The position numbers were made by a program, and so were the translations under genes. A stretch of 41,757 bases of DNA from Candidatus Nomurabacteria bacterium (GTDB lineage Bacteria; Patescibacteriota; Minisyncoccia; Phycocordibacterales; UBA10002): contig CALRDB010000004.1 of assembly GCA_943354745.1 (NCBI GenBank), positions 1 to 41,757 on the forward strand. Direction: 5' to 3'. Numbering within the stretch: the first letter of the stretch is position 1; the number at the start of each line of letters is the position of its first letter. Of this stretch, positions 17,899 through 25,605 are shown in pieces. Under the pieces are notes generated by a model. The model searched no databases. It worked only from the letters and a program-made list of their open reading frames with translations, and had not been told where the DNA came from.

Positions 17899-17929
17899 AA
17901 AAAACGCCAGCAACAGTTGTTGCCGGCGT
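17899..17929 (-). terminator. Intrinsic terminator (possibly bidirectional)
   Basis: A6 then ACGCCAGCAAC-agtt-GTTGCCGGCGT (one mismatch), between convergent ORFs. Confidence 0.7.
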
Positions 17930-17959
17930 GTTGAGATTTCGAAATAGAAGAAGAGGAAG

Positions 17960-18376
17960 CTACTTAGGCCTCAGAAATAAAACCCGCCATAGCTGGCTTT
18001 TTGTATAGAGAAGATTCCGATAGGCTTTGCTAAAAGCTTCCACGCCAATCATAAATTCTTGTTGGTAGAACTCCGGCCACTGAAACAAGATCTTGACGAT
18101 ATCGAGCTCTTCGCGAACACGTGCTTCGCTAAACCTCTGTATGCCTTCGTTGCCCACCTCTACGCAAAGTCGCCTCTCAGCTTGATCAAGCAGGTAGCCG
18201 TACAACTTTCCCAGACTGACATGTTCACGCGACATCAGGAAACTAGGGGGTAAAAGACGCGCCCTGTTGCCTTCGAGACGTAAAACTCCTCTGCTCTGTG
18301 CGAATCGGACAATGTTCGTGTACTCCCCAGCTTTAAGAAGTTTTTCAACTTCCTCACCTGTTATATGCGATATCAT
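17960..18376 (-). CDS. Hypothetical protein (138 aa)
   Basis: ATG ORF followed by a minus-strand terminator; no motif recognised. Confidence 0.6.
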   Translation of the reverse strand: MISHITGEEVEKLLKAGEYTNIVRFAQSRGVLRLEGNRARLLPPSFLMSREHVSLGKLYGYLLDQAERRLCVEVGNEGIQRFSEARVREELDIVKILFQWPEFYQQEFMIGVEAFSKAYRNLLYTKSQLWRVLFLRPK

Positions 18377-18384
18377 AGGTAGAG

Positions 18385-18419
18385 AAAAAAATTCCCTGCA
18401 GTGGTAACGCTGCAGGGAA
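18385..18419 (-). terminator. Intrinsic terminator between two co-oriented minus-strand ORFs
   Basis: TTCCCTGCAG...CTGCAGGGAA with A7 on the + strand (U-tract on -). Confidence 0.75.
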
Positions 18420-18442
18420 AATATGGATGACGCCGTCCAACG

Positions 18443-18655
18443 TTATGCGGGAACAAGTTCCACTTCGTTTGCTGTTGCGGTCTCTCGGACCGTGATTTGT
18501 GTAAGATCTCCGCCGACAATGTCGACAGTGACCGCATTTCCCCCGTAGGAAAAATCCTGTGCGATAATCGCAATAGCGCAAAGATCGTGCATTGCTATAA
18601 GATCCTGTGTGAACTGGAGGGCTGTTGGGCCAATGGTTATGGTAGAAGCATTCAT
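18443..18655 (-). CDS. Small hypothetical protein (70 aa)
   Basis: ATG ORF with protein-like composition, ending just before the terminator at 18419. Confidence 0.55.
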   Translation of the reverse strand: MNASTITIGPTALQFTQDLIAMHDLCAIAIIAQDFSYGGNAVTVDIVGGDLTQITVRETATANEVELVPA

Positions 18656-18783
18656 AGAATAACAAAGTTTCAGACTTTAAAGTAACATATTTCGACAGTT
18701 CTAGCAAACTTCACTAAACGTCGGGAGAATGCCGTCAAGAGATCTCTTCCTATTTCGGCTCAAATACGGTATCCTTTGGCCTT

Positions 18784-20256
18784 ATGGCGAAAAATGACAC
18801 GGTACTTAGTTTTGACAATGTTACGTTCGAATACGGGCCAAACAACCCCATACTGCATGAGGTTGATTTTTCGGTGCGGCGCGGAATTAAGGTGACACTT
18901 ATGGGTCAGAATGGTGCGGGCAAGAGCACTCTTTTTCAACTTATCACTGGAGCGGCTGTCCCTGAATCTGGGCGAGTGAATATTACGAACGGGGTGACAA
19001 TAGCCACAGCAAGACAGGTGATACCTCGCGATCAGATGGAACTCACCGTGCGCGAATTTTTTCAGAAATGCTTTACACAAAAAATGTACGATATTGACCC
19101 ACGTATCGATGAAGTATTGGAGGTAGTGAATCTCAAAGGCCACGAGAAGGTACATGACCGCATTGTTAAGTCGTTTTCGGGCGGACAACAGGCCCGTCTT
19201 CTTCTTGCCTCGGCACTTATTCAGAAACCGGACCTTTTGTTACTTGATGAGCCAACAAACAACCTCGACAAGGCGGGTATTGAGCACCTCACGACCTTTT
19301 TGAAGGACTATAAAAAGACGTGCATTGTCATCTCTCACGATTCTGATTTCCTAAACTCGTTTACGCATGGCGTTTTGTATCTAGACATTTTTACGCACAA
19401 GATAGAGCAGTATGTCGGTGACTATTTTGATGTGGCACAGCAAATTACGGCACGACTCGAAAAAGAAAACCGTAAGAATGCCCAGCTTGCTAAGTTAATC
19501 CAGGAAAAGAAAGACCAGGCAAACGTGTTCGCAAACAAAGGAGGCCAGATGCGCGTTGTAGCAAAACGTATGCGTGAGAAAGCCGAGGATCTTGAAGAGG
19601 AGATTGTCGAAGTCCGGAAGGAGGATAAAACTATTCGCAACTTTACGATCCCGACTCAGCAGGAACTCATTGGAGAAATTCTACATCTCACCTCCTGTAA
19701 AGTTCTACAGCACAAGAAAGGGGTCATAAAGCCGGTGGAACGCAAGGTAAACATCACACTAAAGAAAAACAACCACCTGCTTCTTGCTGGTCCGAACGGT
19801 ATCGGCAAGTCAACGCTTCTTGAAGCAATCGCGCACAGCAAAGCGTTGGGGGCGAAGGTAACTGAAGGGGTGAAAATCGGATACTACCGGCAGGATTTTT
19901 CCACGCTTAATTTTGAGGATACGGTGCACGAGTCGCTCTCTTCGGTGATGGACAGACAAACTGAAGAACATTTACGCTCGGTTGCCGCAGGGTTCCTTAT
20001 TACTGGAGATTTGATGCATAACCGAATTAAAAGCCTATCGGAAGGGCAGAAGGGGCTTGTAGCCTTCGCTCGCCTTGTTCTTGAGAAACCGGGCCTCTTG
20101 ATCTTGGATGAGCCGACAAACCACATTAACTTCCGCCACATACCGGTCATTGCCGAAGCGTTAAATAAGTTTGAAGGTGCGATGATTCTTGTCTCGCACG
20201 TCCCAGAGTTTGTCGCGAAAATCCGCATTGACGAAATTCTTGATCTGGAGAAGTGA
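18784..20256 (+). CDS. ABC-F family ATPase (ribosome-associated)
   Basis: Two NBDs (GQNGAGKS, FSGGQ, LLDEPTNNLD; GPNGIGKS, LSEGQ, LDEPTNH), helical linker, no TM. Confidence 0.93.
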   Translation: MAKNDTVLSFDNVTFEYGPNNPILHEVDFSVRRGIKVTLMGQNGAGKSTLFQLITGAAVPESGRVNITNGVTIATARQVIPRDQMELTVREFFQKCFTQKMYDIDPRIDEVLEVVNLKGHEKVHDRIVKSFSGGQQARLLLASALIQKPDLLLLDEPTNNLDKAGIEHLTTFLKDYKKTCIVISHDSDFLNSFTHGVLYLDIFTHKIEQYVGDYFDVAQQITARLEKENRKNAQLAKLIQEKKDQANVFANKGGQMRVVAKRMREKAEDLEEEIVEVRKEDKTIRNFTIPTQQELIGEILHLTSCKVLQHKKGVIKPVERKVNITLKKNNHLLLAGPNGIGKSTLLEAIAHSKALGAKVTEGVKIGYYRQDFSTLNFEDTVHESLSSVMDRQTEEHLRSVAAGFLITGDLMHNRIKSLSEGQKGLVAFARLVLEKPGLLILDEPTNHINFRHIPVIAEALNKFEGAMILVSHVPEFVAKIRIDEILDLEK

Positions 20257-20392
20257 CCCAAAATAAGGAGTCCCGCCTGAGCGGACGACTATATTTTGGG
20301 TCATCCCCGCGGAGGCGGAAATCCAGAGTAATCTACAGTTTGAAGACTGCATAACCACTTTTTTGGGTCATCCCACAAAAGCGGGGATCCAA
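20254..20392. repeat. REP-like palindromic cluster between convergent genes
   Basis: TGACCCAAAATA (20254-20265) is inverted at 20292-20303; TTTTGGGTCATCCC is repeated at 20294 and 20361, each copy followed by GCGG..ATCCA. Confidence 0.7.
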
Positions 20393-20403
20393 AACAAATT
20401 TAC

Positions 20404-21405
20404 TTAGTATTCAAGGCTCTTAAGCACCTTCAAATACATATCCTCCACGATTTTTTCCTGTGTTTTGCCACTTCGGGCGTAGTGGTCGAGACCCGGAGCT
20501 GCGTTCACTTCGAGTACCCAAAAGTTCTTTGGTTTTTCTTCGAGAGTTCCTTCGACCATAAGATCGACTCCACAAAGGCGAAGACCCATGTCCCTGGTTA
20601 ACGCAATAGCGAGTTTTCCAAACTCAGGATGAATATGTTTGACTTCAACCGCGTCGCCACCTGTCGAAAGATTGGCGTTATCCAGAAGAAAGACTTTTTT
20701 AGCTTCGTGTAGCACTGACTGCAATGACAGTTTCTGATTTTTTAGTTTAATTCGGATACGAGGATCGTTTAGTGTTAACTGAGTATCTCGACTTGAAGCG
20801 ATAAATGCCTGTTGCTTACTTTTTAGCAAAGAAAGTATGCTGGACTGTCCATCTCCCGTAACACTGAGTGGAATACGCTCGTATGCGGAAATAATTTTAT
20901 TGTCGAGTACAACAACGCGGTAATCACGGCCGCACACATATTTTTGAACTAGAGCGATTCTGTCGCGTTTAAAAATAGCTCGTAGTGCCCTATAAAATTC
21001 AGTTTTGGAGTGCACAAGCGAAACATTGCTACCCTGACTTCCGCTATTAGGTTTTAAAATAACGGGGAACCCGATTTTCTCCGCGAACCGAAACGCCTGA
21101 TTGATTTTTCTGTCTGAACCAATCGCTTCGGCCCATTCATCTGAATAGAACGTCTTACCGTGGACAGTTGGGTACCCCATGCGCTTCATAAAGAAGTTCG
21201 CGTAGTCTTTATCTTTAGCGATCTCTGAAGCGCCAAGCGGATTAAGATCCAGGCTGGAGTAACGGAAGTAGCGTTTTCTACCGTTTTTAAATGTAATTTG
21301 GCCAACAATCTTCCAAAATGGCTCAAGAATGACAGTCGCACCGATTAAAGGTGCAATTTTCTTAAGTATGGTTCCAAGGATTGGTTGAACTCCCTTTTTT
21401 TTCAT
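20404..21405 (-). CDS. ATP-grasp ligase (cyanophycin synthetase/GshAB ATP-grasp-like, stand-alone)
   Basis: AKDKDYA, PVILKPNSGSQG, GRDYRVVV, ERIP..VTGDG, NANLSTGG, GVDL, LEVNAAPGL. Confidence 0.85.
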   Translation of the reverse strand: MKKKGVQPILGTILKKIAPLIGATVILEPFWKIVGQITFKNGRKRYFRYSSLDLNPLGASEIAKDKDYANFFMKRMGYPTVHGKTFYSDEWAEAIGSDRKINQAFRFAEKIGFPVILKPNSGSQGSNVSLVHSKTEFYRALRAIFKRDRIALVQKYVCGRDYRVVVLDNKIISAYERIPLSVTGDGQSSILSLLKSKQQAFIASSRDTQLTLNDPRIRIKLKNQKLSLQSVLHEAKKVFLLDNANLSTGGDAVEVKHIHPEFGKLAIALTRDMGLRLCGVDLMVEGTLEEKPKNFWVLEVNAAPGLDHYARSGKTQEKIVEDMYLKVLKSLEY

Positions 21406-21452
21406 GTTCCAGAAGGATAGTCGAAATGCTCACGAAAGTATATACTGATGTT

Positions 21453-21782
21453 ATGCAAGAATTTATGAAAGCCGATATTTTCTTCTTTATCACTTCAGTT
21501 GCTGTTGTGGTGGTGACCGTTGGTGTTGTTGCCATCCTGCATTATCTAGTGAAGATTCTTCAGAGTATAAAGAATATTACCGATAGAATAGAAGAAGGAA
21601 GTAAGACACTCGAAGAAGATTTTCAGTCGCTGCGCACTAAGATGAAATCAGGAGAAATTGCACTAAAACTTACACAATCAGTTTTTGAAAAGGCGAGCAA
21701 GTGGTTTTCAAAGTCATCGCCAAGAAAAAAAGCCCGCACGACCCAAAAAACAGCTGAGGAATCAGTTGATCCCACGATCTAG
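21453..21782 (+). CDS. Single-TM coiled-coil protein (DUF948-like)
   Basis: ADIFFFITSVAVVVVT TM then coiled coil; ATG 21453 lies 6 nt after TATACT. Confidence 0.75.
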   Translation: MQEFMKADIFFFITSVAVVVVTVGVVAILHYLVKILQSIKNITDRIEEGSKTLEEDFQSLRTKMKSGEIALKLTQSVFEKASKWFSKSSPRKKARTTQKTAEESVDPTI

Positions 21783-21785
21783 CTA

Positions 21786-23045
21786 CTATCGGTAATTTGC
21801 TTCGGTACCTGCCACGAAGCCAGTCGTCCAGCAGAGTTGGAGCGAGTATCCGCCAGACGGTCGGTCAATATCTAGAATATCTCCGACGAGAAACAGGTTT
21901 GGAAAGAGGCGAGAACGCATTGTCTTAAAATCAACTTCATCCAGAGAGACACCTCCGCTTGTCACAATTGCTTTGTCGGCGCCAAGAAGTCCCTTCACCT
22001 TCATCGGGATATCTTTCAGTAATTTGACCAGTTTCAAGCGCTCTTCGCGAGTGATGGAGTTGCACTTTGTATCCGCACTAATATCAGAAAGCTCCACGAT
22101 AATAGAAGAGAGGGCTGAGGGTACAAGCGACTTTAAACTATTCTTAAATTTCTTCGTATGCTCTTCCTTAAATATTTCTTGTAGCTTGGTATTCAGCATT
22201 CCGTAATCAAGTTCTGGAAGCACGTCGAGTGAAAGTACCACCTCTCCATACTTCAGAAGCTCTCCGACATCCTTACTCATATTGATAACAGTTGGGCCGC
22301 TCACGCCGAAATGAGTAAACAAAATTTTGCCCCTCCGTACTTCCTGTTTAACACCATTCTGAGATGAGGTAAGTTTTATATTTTGCAGACTTACTCCTTG
22401 TAAACGCTTCACCCACACATCTTTAATCGCGATTGGCACCAGTGCGGAATCCGGCTCCGTCACTTTGTGACCGAGTTTCCGAAGCCATGTGAATCCATCG
22501 CCTGTTGAACCTGTTTCGGGTCGGGACTTTCCTCCTGTCGCAATAATTACCGAGCGCGCGCGGATGCCTTCTCCATTCGCGAGGAGGACTCCGGTAATCG
22601 TGCTCTTGTCTACCAGTATCTCAGCAACGGGGGAGTTGGATTGTACCGTCACCTTTCCGACCTTCAGATATTCAACCAACACGTCCCATACCGACTGCGC
22701 CTTCTCGCTCTTCGGAAAAGCACGTTTTTCCGCCTCAATTTTTGTTTCCATCTTCCGTGCATGGAAAAAATCAAGTGTCTCCTTTACTCCCCATTTGGAA
22801 AAGGAGGAAAACAAAAATTTGTCACTCCCTTTAAATTTTGAAAGAAAGATACGTACATCAAGCTCGGCGTTGGTCACGTTGCATCGGCCACCCCCTGTAA
22901 TAAGGAGCTTTTTGCCAAGCGTTTCGTTTTTCTCAACCAAGATAACCGATGCGCCAAGCTCGGCCGCGCGCCCAGCCGCCATCATCCCCGACGGCCCTCC
23001 GCCGATAACGGCCACATCCCAGATTTTCAGACTCCCTTTTTGCAT
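21786..23045 (-). CDS. HI0933/YhiN/BaiN-family FAD-dependent oxidoreductase
   Basis: GGGPSGMMAA, GKKLLITGGGRCNVTN, ATGGKS.P.TGSTGDG, LFTHFGVSGP, VTSGGV, GGYSLQ. Confidence 0.93.
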   Translation of the reverse strand: MQKGSLKIWDVAVIGGGPSGMMAAGRAAELGASVILVEKNETLGKKLLITGGGRCNVTNAELDVRIFLSKFKGSDKFLFSSFSKWGVKETLDFFHARKMETKIEAEKRAFPKSEKAQSVWDVLVEYLKVGKVTVQSNSPVAEILVDKSTITGVLLANGEGIRARSVIIATGGKSRPETGSTGDGFTWLRKLGHKVTEPDSALVPIAIKDVWVKRLQGVSLQNIKLTSSQNGVKQEVRRGKILFTHFGVSGPTVINMSKDVGELLKYGEVVLSLDVLPELDYGMLNTKLQEIFKEEHTKKFKNSLKSLVPSALSSIIVELSDISADTKCNSITREERLKLVKLLKDIPMKVKGLLGADKAIVTSGGVSLDEVDFKTMRSRLFPNLFLVGDILDIDRPSGGYSLQLCWTTGFVAGTEANYR

Positions 23046-23067
23046 GACTACATCCTAGCATAGTGTA

Positions 23068-23097
23068 TTGACTATAGCCTAATTTTAGGTTATAGTC
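23068..23097 (+). promoter_or_regulatory. Promoter covered by an operator-like palindrome
   Basis: TTGACT-17-TATAGT; inverted repeat GACTATAGCCTAA-TT-TTAGGTTATAGTC (23070-23097, one mismatch). Confidence 0.7.
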
Positions 23098-23235
23098 CTC
23101 AGCGTAAAAGTTCCTTCACATCCTCCGAATTCGCTACAGCCTCTAGCGCATAGATTTTTATGCATTGAGGGTTGTAGCGACTTTGTTACTACTTCATTCG
23201 GTCAACCTCAACTGCAATGTAAAGAAAGGAAATAT

Positions 23236-23604
23236 ATGGTTGTAAAGCAAGCTGGTGAGAAACACTTCACCAAAAAGTTCAGGCAGGGTTTTTCACACAG
23301 GGTGATACTTCCGGGTCGGGACCCCGAGGCGCGAGTAAAAGTTACGGACTTTACCGGGCTTGCGGGGCAAAATTTTACTGACGTAAGTTACCCTGTTGAC
23401 GAAACCGTCTGCGTTATTTCTGGACATGCCAGGATCACGGATCATCAAGGCTGTATTGAGGACATTCTGGCTGGCGGAACCTACTACGTTCCCGCTGGAG
23501 AAAGCTACGACATCTGCTTCATTAGGGAGACTAATGTTCTCTGTGTATTTTCACAGGCCGCAGATGGCACGCTCCCCACTGACGAGCCAGATCCTGGGGA
23601 ATAG
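23236..23604 (+). CDS. Cupin-domain protein (EutQ-like)
   Basis: YPVDETVCVISG...AGGTYYVPAG cupin motifs; AAGGA SD upstream. Confidence 0.78.
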   Translation: MVVKQAGEKHFTKKFRQGFSHRVILPGRDPEARVKVTDFTGLAGQNFTDVSYPVDETVCVISGHARITDHQGCIEDILAGGTYYVPAGESYDICFIRETNVLCVFSQAADGTLPTDEPDPGE

Positions 23605-23657
23605 ACGGGAAGAAAGTCGGGGGAGGCAGCGACTTAAATCTTCATCGCCCGTTAGAG

Positions 23658-23695
23658 AAAGTCGCCCGACTCTCCTCTACCGGGCGACTTTTTTT
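23658..23695 (+). terminator. Intrinsic terminator
   Basis: AAAGTCGCCCG-12nt-CGGGCGACTTTTTTT. Confidence 0.8.
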
Positions 23696-23712
23696 ACCCA
23701 AAAATTTCTCTA

Positions 23713-23741
23713 TTGACAAAATGAACCTTTTAATATATACT
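23713..23741 (+). promoter_or_regulatory. Near-consensus sigma70 promoter of the DEAD helicase
   Basis: TTGACA-17-TATACT. Confidence 0.82.
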
Positions 23742-23874
23742 CCTGCCATAACTAAATCTCAGGGGTTTCGTTTTTGGAGATAGTATCTCGTAAAGAACGT
23801 TAAGGCATATGTCTTTTTGAACCTTCGAGAACTGGCCATCACTTAGTTAACGGCTGGAAGGTTACTAAAAGAAT

Positions 23875-25137
23875 ATGTACCCACGTACAACACAAGGGCC
23901 CTCTTCTTCGGGCAGACGATTTGAAAAGCCTTCCTTTGGTGGAAGTCGCTTTTCTAGACCAACAAATCGGACATCAAGCTTCGGCGGCCCACGCCGGACA
24001 TTTCAAGGTGGCAGAGGAGGCGGACGAAAGTTTAGCGAGTTTAATGATGTCTCAAAATTCGTAAATAAAGCGGTTATTACTGAAGAGACCGTCGCATTTA
24101 TTCCCGAGCATAAATTTGCTGATTTTCTCATCGACGAGAGGCTCAAGCAAAATATCATTACCAAAGGATACGTTGCTCCGACTCCGATTCAGGACCGGGC
24201 TATTCCGCATGTTCTTCGTGGTTCCGACGTTGTCGGTATCGCAAATACCGGCACCGGTAAAACTGCGGCATTTCTTATTCCCCTTATCAACAAAGTGCTT
24301 AAAAATCCGCGAGAGGGCGTACTCATTATGGTACCAACCCGCGAGCTTGCGATTCAGATTGATGAAGAGCTTAAAGGATTTATCAAAGGATTTAAGATAT
24401 TTTCAGTGGTATGTGTGGGTGGTGCGAGTATGAGCAACCAGATTCGCAATCTTCGCTATCAAAACAACTTCATTATCGGTACCCCCGGTAGGCTTAAGGA
24501 CCTCGTGGAGCAGAAATATCTTCATTTGGAAGGTTTCAAAACCGTGGTACTCGATGAAGCCGATCGCATGCTCGATATGGGTTTCATTCATGACATGCGA
24601 TTTATGATGTCGAAAATGGCGAAAGAAAGACACACGCTCTTTTTTTCCGCGACTATGTCGCGTGATATCGAAGCACTTATTAAGGATTTCCTTAAAACTC
24701 CCGTAAGCATTTCGGTGAAGACCGGTGATACGGCAAAGAACGTCGACCAAGACGTGATAAAAACTCGTGGGAAGGACAAGGTAGATGTGCTTCATGATCT
24801 TCTCGACACTCCCGATTTTAAGAAAGTGCTCGTCTTTGGACGCACGAAACATGGAGTCGAAAAACTTTCGAAAATTCTGGCTGAGCGAGGATTTAAGGCT
24901 GAGTCAATTCATGGAAATAAAAATCTTTCCAAGCGACGTCAGGCACTGACACTTTTCAAAGATAATCATATTCAGGTTCTTGTCGCGACCGATGTTGCTG
25001 CGCGAGGTCTCGATATTAGCGATATTTCACACGTGATTAACTACGATCTTCCCGCAACCTATGACGACTATGTTCATCGTATTGGACGAACCGGTCGTGG
25101 AAGCAAGAAGGGAAAGGCGTTAACGTTCATAGAGTAA
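23875..25137 (+). CDS. DEAD-box RNA helicase (RhlE/CshA-like) with RG-rich N-terminus
   Basis: PTPIQ, TGTGKT, PTRELA, TPGRL, DEAD, SAT, ARGLD, HRIGRTGR. Confidence 0.96.
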   Translation: MYPRTTQGPSSSGRRFEKPSFGGSRFSRPTNRTSSFGGPRRTFQGGRGGGRKFSEFNDVSKFVNKAVITEETVAFIPEHKFADFLIDERLKQNIITKGYVAPTPIQDRAIPHVLRGSDVVGIANTGTGKTAAFLIPLINKVLKNPREGVLIMVPTRELAIQIDEELKGFIKGFKIFSVVCVGGASMSNQIRNLRYQNNFIIGTPGRLKDLVEQKYLHLEGFKTVVLDEADRMLDMGFIHDMRFMMSKMAKERHTLFFSATMSRDIEALIKDFLKTPVSISVKTGDTAKNVDQDVIKTRGKDKVDVLHDLLDTPDFKKVLVFGRTKHGVEKLSKILAERGFKAESIHGNKNLSKRRQALTLFKDNHIQVLVATDVAARGLDISDISHVINYDLPATYDDYVHRIGRTGRGSKKGKALTFIE

Positions 25138-25241
25138 GACACGGAAGTGACACGGATTAAGAACGCGGAACTAGACCGAATCAATTGCCGACAAGTTCTG
25201 GTTCCGTTCCGTGTAGGCCTCGTTCAGTTTTAGTTCAGCGT
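25138..25241. repeat. Intergenic degenerate ACNCGGA repeats with inverted counterparts
   Basis: GACACGGA at 25138 and 25149, ACGCGGAAC at 25163; then TTCCGTGT at 25207 and GTTCAGCGT at 25233. Confidence 0.6.
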
Positions 25242-25247
25242 CCTTAT

Positions 25248-25451
25248 ATGAAAAACAACAAACAAAAACCGAATAACATAATGACTCCTTCCCGTAAGAC
25301 GTTTCAAAATAACGTCGGTAAGTGGATTGAAAAGCGGACTCGTACTGAGATCTTGCTTTGCTCGTGTGGCAATAAATATATCAAGAGCCGCAAGGAGCAA
25401 GTGGTATGTGTTCGCTGTATCTACCGTACGCTTCCAGTTAAGGTAATTTAA
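25248..25451 (+). CDS. Small basic protein with CxC...CxxC (putative zinc ribbon)
   Basis: CSCGNKYIKSRKEQVVCVRC; ATG 25248 lies past the repeat block. Confidence 0.65.
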   Translation: MKNNKQKPNNIMTPSRKTFQNNVGKWIEKRTRTEILLCSCGNKYIKSRKEQVVCVRCIYRTLPVKVI

Positions 25452-25605
25452 CTCTTACGTATTCTTATCCTGTAAGGTTATGTAGATGTTGCTGTTTTTC
25501 CGGATGTATCGTATTATATAAGCGTTACGTTCTGGCCGAGAGGCCTCCTTTTTATTATCTACTTTACTGTTCGTTATTTCGTATCTTGTTCGTAGTTCGT
25601 ACTCT

